Source of the DNA: an uncultured Verrucomicrobiae bacterium
GTDB lineage: Bacteria; Verrucomicrobiota; Verrucomicrobiia; Chthoniobacterales; Terrimicrobiaceae
DNA length: 64,000 nucleotides
Assembly (NCBI GenBank): GCA_963706955.1
Contig: CAVPOC010000006.1
Span: 313,643-377,642, forward strand
Reading direction: 5' to 3'
In this document: piece by piece, positions 39,004 through 48,843 of the stretch
Numbering within the stretch: the first letter of the stretch is position 1
Layout: the number at the start of each line of letters is the position of its first letter
Notes under the pieces: model-generated
The model's database searches: none
Seen by the model: the letters and a program-made list of their open reading frames with translations, nothing else
What the model was told of the DNA's origin: nothing
Program-made: the position numbers and the translations under genes

Positions 39004-39057
39004 TTGCTTGCCGATCGGTCAGGTCTGTGGCCCGGTGCCCAGCTCCGACTGGCGTGT

Positions 39058-39663
39058 CTAGGCGGTCTTAAAATAGGGAAGCGCACCGGCGACGCGTTCA
39101 ACGTCGGGAATGTTTTCGAGGAGTTCGGCAATCGCGTCCCACTTGCCGCGCACGAGGGCCTCTCGCGCGTGGTCGGGTAGCGCGGCCCGAAAATCCATGT
39201 CGGCAGCGGTTACCTTGTTTTCCAAGAGGTCAATAGTGACAAGGATTTCTGGGTCTTCTTCGACGAGTCCCGCTAACGCGCGGATATCGTCGCGGCGCAT
39301 GACGACGCACGGCATTCCCAGCGTCGTCGAATTGCCAAAGAAAATTTCCGCGAAACTCTCCGCCAGAATCGCACGAAAGCCAAAGCGATAAAGTGCCTGC
39401 GGGGCATGCTCGCGTGAACTCCCGCAGCCAAAGTTGGAACCCGTCAGCAGAATCTTCGCTCCCAAGAACCGCGGATCGTTCAATGGATGGCGCTTCTCCG
39501 AGCCGTCTGGATGCTTGCGCTCGTCGTAGAAAGTAAACTCGGCCAGGCCATCGAAGGTCACACATTTCATATAACGAGCCGGAATAATGCGGTCGGTATC
39601 GACGTCGTCTCCGGCTACATACACCCCACGGCCAGTTACTTGCGTTATTTGTTCTAAAGCCAT
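39058..39663 (-). CDS. leuD: 3-isopropylmalate dehydratase small subunit
   Basis: DVDTDRIIPARY, NFGCGSSREHAPQAL, SFAEIFFGN. Confidence 0.97.
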   Translation of the reverse strand: MALEQITQVTGRGVYVAGDDVDTDRIIPARYMKCVTFDGLAEFTFYDERKHPDGSEKRHPLNDPRFLGAKILLTGSNFGCGSSREHAPQALYRFGFRAILAESFAEIFFGNSTTLGMPCVVMRRDDIRALAGLVEEDPEILVTIDLLENKVTAADMDFRAALPDHAREALVRGKWDAIAELLENIPDVERVAGALPYFKTA

Positions 39664-39673
39664 CGTAAAATCA

Positions 39674-41083
39674 TCAGTGCACGCTGAAGACTTCGCGCGC
39701 GTCCGCTATTTCGCCTGTGACGGCCGCGGCCGCCACCATGAGCGGACTCATCAGCACGGTGCGTCCGGTCGGACTTCCTTGCCGGCCTTTGAAATTTCGA
39801 TTGCTCGAACTCGCGCACAACTGGTCACCGATCAGCTTATCGGGATTCATGCCCAGGCACATTGAGCATCCAGCACCGCGCCATTCAAAGCCTGCATCCC
39901 GAAAAATTTCCGCAAGGCCCATTTTCTCGGCGATCTGGGAAACACCTTGAGAGCCAGGCACGACGATGGCCTTGACGCCGCTTTTGACCTTGCGTCCCTT
40001 GAGATGACGCGCCACTTCGGTCAGATCGCTCAACCGGGCATTGGTACAGCTTCCCAGGAAGGCGACATCAACCTTGGTCCCCTTGATAGGGTTGCCAGCC
40101 TTCAAATGCATATGAGCGAGAGCTTCCTCAGCGGTGGCCCGATCTCTCTCCGGCAGTTCTTCCGGCGTGGGCACCTTCTCATCAATGAAAATCGCCTGGC
40201 CTGGGTTGATTCCCCATGTCACTGTTGGACCGATTTTCGCTGCCTCATAAGTGACGACGTCATCGTAGGTTGCGTCCGGATCGGAAGCAAAAGCGCGCCA
40301 GCGCGCCACTGCCTCGGGCCACTCGTCGTCCGAGGGAGCGTAGGGACGACCCTTGAGGTAGGCAAACGTGGTTTCATCCGGGTTGACGTATCCGGCGCGC
40401 GCTCCACCCTCGATAGACATGTTGCACACAGTCATTCGCTCCTCTTGCGAAAATTCCTCAAAAGTGGTTCCGGCATACTCGTAGGCGAATCCGAGTCCGC
40501 CATTGACTCCAAGCTTTCGGATAATATGTAAAATGACGTCTTTGGCATAGACCCCCGGCGAGAGGGATCCATTGACGTTGATCCGGCGGAGTTTGGGCTT
40601 CCGTATGGCCATGGTTTGGGTCGCCAGTACATCGCGGACCTGGCTCGTGCCGATCCCGAAAGCGATCGCACCGAAAGCTCCATGGGTGGAAGTGTGAGAA
40701 TCTCCGCAGGCAATGGTGGTTCCTGGCTGGGTAATTCCCTGTTCCGGCCCGACGATATGGACGATGCCTTGCTTTCCACTGGGAAGATCAAAGAAGGTGA
40801 TCCCATATTCTTCGCAATTCTTCCGCAACGCCTTGATCATTTCGTCGGCGAGTTGATCGGAAAAAGGTTCCTCGCGTTCATCGGTCGGCACGATGTGATC
40901 GACAGTGGCAAACGTCCGATGAGGATAGAGCACTTTCACGCCAAGATCCCGAAGCATTCCAAAAGCCTGCGGACTGGTTACTTCGTGAATAAGATGGGTG
41001 CCGATCAGCAACTGAGTTGCTCCGTTTGGCAACTGACGCACCGCGTGCGCCTCCCATACTTTATCCAACAGCGTCTTGCTCAT
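39674..41083 (-). CDS. leuC: 3-isopropylmalate dehydratase large subunit
   Basis: [49 protein letters not shown]. Confidence 0.98.
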   Translation of the reverse strand: MSKTLLDKVWEAHAVRQLPNGATQLLIGTHLIHEVTSPQAFGMLRDLGVKVLYPHRTFATVDHIVPTDEREEPFSDQLADEMIKALRKNCEEYGITFFDLPSGKQGIVHIVGPEQGITQPGTTIACGDSHTSTHGAFGAIAFGIGTSQVRDVLATQTMAIRKPKLRRINVNGSLSPGVYAKDVILHIIRKLGVNGGLGFAYEYAGTTFEEFSQEERMTVCNMSIEGGARAGYVNPDETTFAYLKGRPYAPSDDEWPEAVARWRAFASDPDATYDDVVTYEAAKIGPTVTWGINPGQAIFIDEKVPTPEELPERDRATAEEALAHMHLKAGNPIKGTKVDVAFLGSCTNARLSDLTEVARHLKGRKVKSGVKAIVVPGSQGVSQIAEKMGLAEIFRDAGFEWRGAGCSMCLGMNPDKLIGDQLCASSSNRNFKGRQGSPTGRTVLMSPLMVAAAAVTGEIADAREVFSVH

Positions 41084-41205
41084 AGTTCGATTTTATCAGC
41101 CACAAGGCGAACCTTCAATCTTCGCTCGCTCGCTGGCAACGCGCAAGTTCCTTGTCATTTGTCGCCCGATCGGCGAAGCTTTCGCAAAGTTCCTCGGCAA
41201 GTGCC

Positions 41206-41781
41206 ATGGCCATCGAACGTTCAGAAAATTGGTTTCTGAGAAAGCACGAGAGCGGTGAGGTTTTCGGCCCCGTTCCGTTTGACAAAATTCGCGAATGGGC
41301 GCACTCCGCCCAGGTCAACGCGCAAGACATGTTGTCGACTGATCAGATAATCTGGACGAAAGCACCCATGATCTCAGAAACAGAGATGGACTGGTTGATC
41401 GTCGTAGGCGAGAACGTTCTTTACGGTCCTACCACTGTGGAAGCGCTGCTCGAGTTTGAGCGGCTCGGCGAGATCACTATTGCGACCACTTTGATCAATT
41501 GCACAACGGGTCAACGGACGACCTTCGGCGAGGCGCCCTTCTACCGCGGGCCACAGATGGTCATGGAGGAGCAAACTCCGATGGACACGGTGGTGATTCA
41601 GCCTGGCCGAGGTCCAGGCCTGCGGATGAGTCTTCAGCAAAGGATTCGTGAACTCGAGAACGCTCTGCTCGATAAAGGTCGGAAGCTAACCGATGCCGAA
41701 GAGACGATTGCTCGGCTTGAATCCAAGATCCGCGAGCTCGAGGAGCGCATCCGCGACTACAGCGGCTTTCGACGCCGCTGA
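41206..41781 (+). CDS. Hypothetical protein with GYF_2-like repeats and C-terminal coiled coil
   Basis: WFLR...GEVFGP and W...LYGP motifs; heptad-rich C-terminus. Start probably MAIERSENW. Confidence 0.7.
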   Translation: MAIERSENWFLRKHESGEVFGPVPFDKIREWAHSAQVNAQDMLSTDQIIWTKAPMISETEMDWLIVVGENVLYGPTTVEALLEFERLGEITIATTLINCTTGQRTTFGEAPFYRGPQMVMEEQTPMDTVVIQPGRGPGLRMSLQQRIRELENALLDKGRKLTDAEETIARLESKIRELEERIRDYSGFRRR

Positions 41782-41883
41782 GTCGAGGGGTTGATGGGTT
41801 GAGAGAGGACGGTGATCGGCGTGTGGCGGCCTCGCCATCAACGAGGCAGGCGCAAAGAGAATCTTCCGGTCAAATCCGAAAGA

Positions 41884-43386
41884 CTATTTTGTAATCGGCT
41901 CTAAGTTCTCCAAAGCGGGAATCCCGTAGTCTTGCATCAGCTGGGTCCTGCTCTTCTCATTATCGGAGGCATCCAGGTAAATGAAGGAAGGATCCTCATC
42001 GAACTCGATCTTGAGGTAGCCGTCCTTGGTCGATTTCGCCGCCTTGGCGAGATCGTCGAGACTTTTGATAGGCAAGCCGTTCACCTTAGCAACGACCAGA
42101 TGCTCCAGATTTTCATAGCCGAGCGTGTTTGGCGTGGGGAAGATTTGGCTGAGAAACACGATTTTGCCGCGGTCAGGCGGAAGCTCGTTCTGGAAGGCAT
42201 CCAGGTAAACCAGACGCTGCGGCGCGTCCTTCATCCAGTTTCCTCCCCACTCTTGCAGATACGGTCGAGAGAGCTCCCGAAAGACCACGCCACCAAGAAC
42301 CAAGTAGCGGGGCTGACGATCAAATTCGTAAGCATCGCTGATGCTCGGTTCGTTGCGAATGCTGGTGAGGGTGAGGGGAATGGTTTCACGCTTACCATCT
42401 CGTAAAATCGAAAAACTCACCGTGTCGCCCACGTGGGAAATGGTGTTGGTGATATGGCTAAACGGAATCCTTCCAATGCCAGGTTCTTCGTAGTTGCCAT
42501 CGGGATCAACAGGCTTGCCAGCCACTGCGAGGATAACATCCCCCTTACGAAGGCCGGCCTTCTCGGCAGCGCTCCCAGGTCGAACTTCGGTAATGTAGAC
42601 GCCGTCCTCCTGGAGACCGATGTAGCGACGAAACTGCGGATCGCGGGTAGCGGCGAAGACCAGACCGGCACGAGGAAAGCCGGGATAGCTTCCGAGTTTC
42701 GCATCGTCGAGAAAGTGGGCAATCACCGGCGCGGCAATGACGTCCGCCGTCTGGCTGCGAGAGTCATACCGCATGAGGAGACCAAGTAACCTTCCGTCGC
42801 GAATCGCCGGGATGGTAAAGCTACCCTCACGGTTCTGCAGCGGAGCGCTGATCCGATAGGTCAACAAAGCCAAATGATCGAGGGGATAGCCAGCGACCGT
42901 GATGGTCGTGATCACTCCGGGCGTATCTGCAATCAGTCCGTTGGATTCCAGCTGCAAGATGGAGGCCTTCTCACCCACGCTGGCACCGGCGTCCAGCGCC
43001 AGTGGCTTGGCGTCTTTCAAGAAGGTGGAGTCCGTTGGCTGAAGCAGCGCCAGATTGCAGTCGTAGTCGACGACAATAATTTCGGCGGGAGACTTCTCGG
43101 CGGATCCGGCCTTTTCGAGCTCGACATAGGTCCGATTGGCCACGAGCTCGGCAGTGACGAGAATCTGCCCTCCCTGGAGGACGACGCCCAGCCCCCGGCG
43201 CAGAAAGGGAGCCTTCTTTGTCCACGGGCGAAAGAAATCAAATGCCTGGTTTGTCGAGTTCACACGGACCAGGGAATTGCTGCTCACCGGACCCACGGCT
43301 GTGGGAGGCTCTCTGGGGAGGGCAGCTTCCCCACGAACGGCTGATACAGCGAGAACCAGCAAGAGAAAAGCGGCTGAGATTCTCAT
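41884..43386 (-). CDS. HtrA/Deg-like protease homolog with PDZ domains, catalytic triad lost
   Basis: Paralog of the neighbouring gene, but with VTAELV, DCNLALL and NREGSFTIP at the His/Asp/Ser positions. PDZ: VRPGSAAEKAGLRKGDVILAV. Confidence 0.85.
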   Translation of the reverse strand: MRISAAFLLLVLAVSAVRGEAALPREPPTAVGPVSSNSLVRVNSTNQAFDFFRPWTKKAPFLRRGLGVVLQGGQILVTAELVANRTYVELEKAGSAEKSPAEIIVVDYDCNLALLQPTDSTFLKDAKPLALDAGASVGEKASILQLESNGLIADTPGVITTITVAGYPLDHLALLTYRISAPLQNREGSFTIPAIRDGRLLGLLMRYDSRSQTADVIAAPVIAHFLDDAKLGSYPGFPRAGLVFAATRDPQFRRYIGLQEDGVYITEVRPGSAAEKAGLRKGDVILAVAGKPVDPDGNYEEPGIGRIPFSHITNTISHVGDTVSFSILRDGKRETIPLTLTSIRNEPSISDAYEFDRQPRYLVLGGVVFRELSRPYLQEWGGNWMKDAPQRLVYLDAFQNELPPDRGKIVFLSQIFPTPNTLGYENLEHLVVAKVNGLPIKSLDDLAKAAKSTKDGYLKIEFDEDPSFIYLDASDNEKSRTQLMQDYGIPALENLEPITK

Positions 43387-44831
43387 TTCTGAAGATTCTC
43401 TTGAGAAGTAACCTGGTAGCGCGCGCTGATGCGATCTCGCGCTTCCTCGACGGCCTTGCGCTCAAGGACAAGCGGACGGCCTTTCCCTAGCATATCGATC
43501 ACATAATAATCGGCAGGTTTCTTGAATGCCTCGGCGACGTCGTCGATGCGCTGAATCTTGTGACCGTTGATCTTATCAACAATCTCGTAGCGGAACTCGG
43601 ACGCGTAGGCATTGACTGGATCCGCCAAGACGTTGCTGAGAACGACGATCTCTTCGCGCTCCCGGTAAATATGTCGGGAAATGAAATTATCAAAATAGAA
43701 ATGCAGTCGCAGATCATCCGGATTGTGTTCAGACATGAAGTTGGCATCGACCGGTTGGAAGACCAGCCCGCCGAAGACGACAAATCGTGGCTTTTCGTTA
43801 TAAGCTTGCGCTTGCAAAGAGAATGGCCACGGGTGCGTTAGTGGAATCGTAACATCAAGCTCTTTGCCCTCGCGAAGAACCTTCACCGCGACCTGTTCCG
43901 CTTTGAACTTGCGCTCGACGACTTCGGCCATTTCGACCGGCTCTCCGTCCATTATTACGGTGCCATCACTCGCAACGGGCAGACCGTCGATTGCCAGCAA
44001 CACGTCTCCTGGTTGCAGGCGTCCTTCGGATACGCCACCGCCGTAGACGCTGCCGACGAAGACCCCGGAGTCACCATCGGTGAGTCCAAGAGCCCGGCGC
44101 ATCGTGAGGTTATGCAGCGGATGGTAGGCGACGGTGAGATCCACGTAGCGGTCGTAATGCCCGTCCTCAACATCCTTCAGGAACCGATGAATGACGGGCG
44201 TTGGAATCATGTAGCCGACGTTCTGTGCGACATCGCCGCTGTATCCTTGAAAGGCGACGCCGACCACCTTGCCTTCCTGAAGCACTGGGCCACCACTGTT
44301 GCCAGGGTTTATGGCCGCATCGATCTGCACCGTCAGATGCGAATCTACTCCCGAGTGCGAATACGTCTGAAAATCAATCCGCGAGACGACTCCGCGAGTC
44401 ACTGAGAGCCGGTCCCCCCCGATAGGATAGCCATAGACAGAGACGGTGCTCTCGATTGCCGGAATGCCTCCGAAATCCAAAGCAGCCGTGTTCGCGAAAA
44501 AATTCGGATTGTCGACGGTGAGTAACGCCAGATCGCAGTCGTGGGCGATGTGTAAGACTCGTGCCGGATAGGGTTTGGGATCTCCCTCCTTCGAGACGGC
44601 CAGGAAGCGCGCGTTGCTGATGACATGCGCGTTCGTCATGATCCTATTTCCTGTGATGATGAAACCTGCTCCCACGCCACCGGCAACCTCTCCTGCACTC
44701 CACGGCGCGCGATAGTTCGGGTCCTGTGAAGTCGCTTGAATGCGGACCAGACTTTCGGCGACCCGTGCGGCCTCGGCGGGTAGCGACAACAACAAGAGGA
44801 CGCACGCCAGACGCGCGAAACGACGAAACAT
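43383..44831 (-). CDS. HtrA/Deg (protease Do-like) serine protease with PDZ domains
   Basis: MTNAHVI, DCDLALL, DAAINPGNSGGP; signal peptide. Confidence 0.93.
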   Translation of the reverse strand: MFRRFARLACVLLLLSLPAEAARVAESLVRIQATSQDPNYRAPWSAGEVAGGVGAGFIITGNRIMTNAHVISNARFLAVSKEGDPKPYPARVLHIAHDCDLALLTVDNPNFFANTAALDFGGIPAIESTVSVYGYPIGGDRLSVTRGVVSRIDFQTYSHSGVDSHLTVQIDAAINPGNSGGPVLQEGKVVGVAFQGYSGDVAQNVGYMIPTPVIHRFLKDVEDGHYDRYVDLTVAYHPLHNLTMRRALGLTDGDSGVFVGSVYGGGVSEGRLQPGDVLLAIDGLPVASDGTVIMDGEPVEMAEVVERKFKAEQVAVKVLREGKELDVTIPLTHPWPFSLQAQAYNEKPRFVVFGGLVFQPVDANFMSEHNPDDLRLHFYFDNFISRHIYREREEIVVLSNVLADPVNAYASEFRYEIVDKINGHKIQRIDDVAEAFKKPADYYVIDMLGKGRPLVLERKAVEEARDRISARYQVTSQENLQK

Positions 44832-44940
44832 GGCCGAAAACGTATGCGGACTCGTCAGTTTGACAACCGGGAAAATTGCGGCACCGCTTTCGAGAAGCTG
44901 AGGTTGCCAAGTGCGGCGCTGCTTGGCTAGACATCAAGCG

Positions 44941-46398
44941 ATGGATCCCGCATCTGACTTGCTCGCTGTTCGCCGGCACAAACTCGACGCCTTGCGCGCT
45001 CAAGGCGTCGGACCGTATGGCCAGAGGTTCGACGTCGAGGGTTCGATCGAAAAGGTCGTGGATCAGTTCGGCGAAGGTCAGCCAGCGCGCGCCGCGGGGC
45101 GGATCACCGCTCACCGCGACATGGGCAAAAGTCACTTCCTCGATCTTTCCGACTTTTCCGGCCGGATCCAGATATTTGTTCATCCCAAGGAAATTGGTGA
45201 AGAAGCTTTCGGGATCTTCAAGCAGCTCGATATTGGTGACTGGATCGGAGTGGAGGGAGAATATTTCTTGACCAAGACGGGCGAGCGCACGATCCGCGTC
45301 AAAAATCTACAGGTCCTTGCCAAGTCGCTGCGGCCGTTGCCGGAAAAGTGGCACGGCGTCCAGGATCCTGAAACAAGATATCGCCAGCGTTATCTGGACT
45401 TGATTGCGAATCAGCAATCGCGCGATGTGTTCCGCAAACGCGTCCTGATCATTCGGGAAATTCGGCGATTTCTTGAGCAACGGGGCTTCGTGGAAGTCGA
45501 AACGCCCATGATGCAGCCGATCGCCGGTGGTGCCGCGGCGCAGCCATTCAAGACGCATCACAATGCCCTCGGCATGGACCTCTACCTTCGGATTGCCCCG
45601 GAGCTTTACCTCAAGCGCTTGCTCGTCGCGGGCCTTACCAAGGTTTTCGAGCTGAATCGCAACTTCCGAAACGAGGGGATTTCGCGTCGCCACAATCCAG
45701 AATTCACCATGTTGGAGGCTTATTGGGCGTTCGCCGATTTTGAAATGATGGCCGCATTGGTGGAGGATCTGATTTCGCAACTGGCGCAGACCGCCTGCGG
45801 AGGGTTGCTGATTGAACACAAGGACGCGGAGGGAAACGTGAAGAGACGCATCGATCTTACGCGCCCGTGGAAGCGCGCCAGGTACACAGACCTTATCCGC
45901 GGAGTGGTGCCCGAATGGTATGAACTTTCTTCGGAGGAACGGCGGCAGCTTTGCGGGCGTCTCGATTTGGACGTTAGTCACTGCGTCGAAGACTTCGAAG
46001 TGACTCAGCATCTTTTCGAGAAGCTCATTGAAGAAAAAACCATCGATCCTTTGTTCGTCACCCATTGCCCGAAAGAGCTTGTGCCTCTCGCGAAGCAGAA
46101 CACCTCGGATGAGGCTGTGGTCGATGTTTACGAACTCCTCATTAACGGACAGGAAATATCTCCAGGTTATTCGGAACTGAACGATCCTGATTTGCAGCGG
46201 TCGCGCCTCGAGCACCAAAGCGGTGGCGAGACGCAAAAGTTGGATGAAGATTTCCTGCGGGCACTCGAATACGGGATGCCTCCGGCCGGCGGGATCGGCA
46301 TCGGCATCGATCGCTTAGTCATGATGCTGACTGGCGCCGAAAGCATCCGTGACGTGATCCTCTTTCCGCACGCGCGAGAAAAGAGCGTAACTCCCTAA
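44941..46398 (+). CDS. lysS: Lysine--tRNA ligase (class II)
   Basis: LPEKWHG, YRQRYLDL, GGAAAQPFKTHHN, RNFRNEG, GMPPAGGIGIGIDRL. Start MDPASDL. Confidence 0.98.
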   Translation: MDPASDLLAVRRHKLDALRAQGVGPYGQRFDVEGSIEKVVDQFGEGQPARAAGRITAHRDMGKSHFLDLSDFSGRIQIFVHPKEIGEEAFGIFKQLDIGDWIGVEGEYFLTKTGERTIRVKNLQVLAKSLRPLPEKWHGVQDPETRYRQRYLDLIANQQSRDVFRKRVLIIREIRRFLEQRGFVEVETPMMQPIAGGAAAQPFKTHHNALGMDLYLRIAPELYLKRLLVAGLTKVFELNRNFRNEGISRRHNPEFTMLEAYWAFADFEMMAALVEDLISQLAQTACGGLLIEHKDAEGNVKRRIDLTRPWKRARYTDLIRGVVPEWYELSSEERRQLCGRLDLDVSHCVEDFEVTQHLFEKLIEEKTIDPLFVTHCPKELVPLAKQNTSDEAVVDVYELLINGQEISPGYSELNDPDLQRSRLEHQSGGETQKLDEDFLRALEYGMPPAGGIGIGIDRLVMMLTGAESIRDVILFPHAREKSVTP

Positions 46399-46440
46399 GC
46401 ACCTGCCCAGCGCGCAGCCGAAAGCGAGTGAGGGCGGGCA

Positions 46441-46590
46441 GGAGCGCCCCCAAGGTCGAGGGTGTTCATTGTAGCGACCATGTCCCCACGGTCGAGGGTG
46501 GCTCGGTGTAGCGGCGATGTCCTCATCGTCGAGGGTGTCGGGCGGTGGGCCCACCGAGGCGCGCCGTGGCGGGGAGCCCGCCGTTAGAGG
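46441..46590. repeat. Cluster of GTAG-type REP units
   Basis: Tandem TGTAGCG..TGTCC.CA..GTCGAGGGTG units (46470-46500, 46507-46537) plus an inverted unit matching 48704-48754. Confidence 0.7.
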
Positions 46591-46608
46591 CAAGGACGGG
46601 CTCCAGCT

Positions 46609-46855
46609 TTCAATCGCGCTTTCAGCGCTCGCCGAGATGCCTGTATCCGATACCCTGGGGCGTCTGCCCCAGGCTAAAACTGAAATGGCGCCTCTGGCGC
46701 TTAACATGATTGACGCCAGAGCGCTAATTCTGGATGACGCCGATGGCGCGAAACGTGGATCAACGCGAGCGCCAAAGGCGCGGTTTCATATCAGCCTCGG
46801 GCAGCGCCCGAGGAACCATAGAAAGTATTTCCCCAGCGCTGAAAGCGCGATTCAA
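46609..46855. repeat. Long inverted-repeat element (REPIN/MITE-like), copy 2
   Basis: TTCAATCGCGCTTTCAGCGCT ... AGCGCTGAAAGCGCGATTCAA; shares GCGCCAAAGGCGCGG.TTCATATCAGCCTCGGGCAGCGCCCGAGGAA with copy 1. Confidence 0.85.
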
Positions 46856-47019
46856 CGGATTGGCTATCGGTTAGTGTGTGTGAGCACATGCAATGTCGCC
46901 GACAGCACCACCGATCATGGGATGCAGGAGCGGCTCTGCCGTTGCGGGATCTTGCACCCAAAGGAGTCCTGGCCGCCGCTGGCGAATCGCGTGGGATGAG
47001 CTAATGTGACGGTTCTCTT

Positions 47020-48339
47020 TTGAAGACTGTGCTTCCTCGAGGTTCGTTTAACCTTCACTGGTTTAGCTTATTTAACGCGATTTCCTTTCAGATCATGATG
47101 GGAGCGCCGATTATTGTCTACGCGAAGTCGCTCGGGGCCTCATCCACCACCATTGGCATTATCGCCGCCTTTACGCCGTTGATGACGGTGTTTCAGCTGC
47201 CGGCGGCGCAACACCTCCATCGCTTCGGTTACCGTCAGTTCGTCCTGATGGGGTGGGGGATGAGGAACGTGTTGATATTCCTGGTCGCCGGAATTCCCCT
47301 GGCCGCATTCCTGGATGACACCTCCAAACTGACGGCGTTGCTTGCCCTTTTGTTCTTTTTCAATCTTCTGCGCGGCATCTCGTCGGCGGCCTGGATGCCA
47401 TGGATCGCGCAGTTAATTTCCGAAGAGGTGCGTGGCCGTTTCCTCTCGGTCGATCAGTTCTTCATGTATTTCGGGTGTTTGCTTTCCCTGTTGATCTCTG
47501 CATTGGTCATCGCCGGCCCGATTTCTCCCGCAGACTTCGCTCTCGTTTTTTTGATCAGCGCGCTCGGAGGTGCCGCCAGCTTGGCTTTCATCAGGCGAAT
47601 TCCTGAAGTTCAAACTACTGAAGCGATGCAGCTCAGCTCGCAGAACGTGCCCTGGCAAGCGATGCTCGCCTATGCACCGTTTCGCGAACTGCTTATTTTC
47701 AATATCATCTACGCGACGGTGATTGGCAGTCTGAGCGTCTTCTCGGTCGAGTTTCTCCGCGATCATTCTCGCTTCAATATCGACACGGTCCTCAACCTAT
47801 CGGCCTTGTCGTTCCTCGGCGCTCTCCTGGTCCTTCCCTTCAGCGGTCAGGTGGTCGATTCGATTGGAAGCAAACCGTTGATGCGAGCAGCCATTGGCCT
47901 GTTCGCCATTGTCACGGCCGGGTGGGGACTAGTCGCGGCGAAAGTCCTTCCCGATTCGATAACAGTTGTCGCCCTGCTCAACCTTGGCGCGGGCGTGGCA
48001 TCGGCCAATTTCAACCTGGCCAATGTTCGCATCACCATGTCGACCATGCCGAAAATGGGATCGAATCATTTCTTTGCCCTCTTCACGGTGATCACCAGCC
48101 TCGGGCTGGGAGGAGCTCCCGTGGCCTGGGGTCTCGTTCTCGATGCGATTGGAAGTTATGAGGTTGTCACCGGACTTTTTCACTGGCGGCGTCACAGCAT
48201 CTACTTTTTTGCCCTCCTCGCTCTCAACGCCATTGCCTTCGCCTACATTCCGCGTCTGCATGAATCCCCAACGGCGGGCACTCCTGCTTCGGTGTTCTAT
48301 GAGGGCTTGAAACGCCTCTCCCGATTTTGGCAGCGCTAG
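47020..48339 (+). CDS. MFS transporter
   Basis: About 12 hydrophobic segments; GQVVDSIGSKP motif-A-like loop. Confidence 0.85.
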   Translation: MKTVLPRGSFNLHWFSLFNAISFQIMMGAPIIVYAKSLGASSTTIGIIAAFTPLMTVFQLPAAQHLHRFGYRQFVLMGWGMRNVLIFLVAGIPLAAFLDDTSKLTALLALLFFFNLLRGISSAAWMPWIAQLISEEVRGRFLSVDQFFMYFGCLLSLLISALVIAGPISPADFALVFLISALGGAASLAFIRRIPEVQTTEAMQLSSQNVPWQAMLAYAPFRELLIFNIIYATVIGSLSVFSVEFLRDHSRFNIDTVLNLSALSFLGALLVLPFSGQVVDSIGSKPLMRAAIGLFAIVTAGWGLVAAKVLPDSITVVALLNLGAGVASANFNLANVRITMSTMPKMGSNHFFALFTVITSLGLGGAPVAWGLVLDAIGSYEVVTGLFHWRRHSIYFFALLALNAIAFAYIPRLHESPTAGTPASVFYEGLKRLSRFWQR

Positions 48340-48641
48340 CGGACAGGTCCGTGGCGCTTTGCGGCAACCGATCGCTCGATCATCAGAAACGCGAGATACA
48401 CGAGCAAGGCAATGGCGCCAGTCGGCAAGGTGACGATGCTGAGCCATCCCATCACTCCAAGGATATAGAGGGGCTTGCCAATATCGGTGCCAAAGACAAG
48501 ACATGGAGTTGGCGAGCCCTCATTTATCGAGCAACCGCAGATTGTGGAAACGGCGGCTGCCAGGAGCACGCAGAGCAGCGGAAAAACCGCCCAGGAGAGA
48601 ATCACGCCAAAGACGATTGCGTTTCGGGTCGATCTCTCCAT
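48336..48641 (-). CDS. Small membrane protein
   Basis: Hydrophobic ORF with a CGCSINEGSPTPCLVFGTDIG loop between TM helices. Confidence 0.7.
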   Translation of the reverse strand: MERSTRNAIVFGVILSWAVFPLLCVLLAAAVSTICGCSINEGSPTPCLVFGTDIGKPLYILGVMGWLSIVTLPTGAIALLVYLAFLMIERSVAAKRHGPVR

Positions 48642-48703
48642 GCTGGCAGCCTATGCAGGTTGCGCTTATTTCCAAGCACGCTCTGATCATTGGACACTGT
48701 TGT

Positions 48704-48754
48704 TGTAGCGGCGGTGTCCTCGCCAGGGTGCGCCTCGGTGGGCCCACCGCCGAC
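48704..48754 (+). repeat. GTAG-type REP unit
   Basis: TGTAGCGGCGGTGTCCTCGCCAGGGTGCGCCTCGGTGGGCCCACCGCCGAC; a near copy lies inverted at about 46537-46588. Confidence 0.7.
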
Positions 48755-48843
48755 AGAGCTCGGTCAATTGCAGCTTCTCTGGCGGCGGTCCCCCACCTTC
48801 CAAAGAGCCCGATGCTCAATCCAAAGCGGCCGTAACCATCCGC

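Noticed and set aside
46441..46590. Tandem ~37-bp units as a mini CRISPR array
   Set aside because: Only 2-3 degenerate units with ~6-bp gaps, no unique spacers and no cas genes; they match the GTAG REP family.
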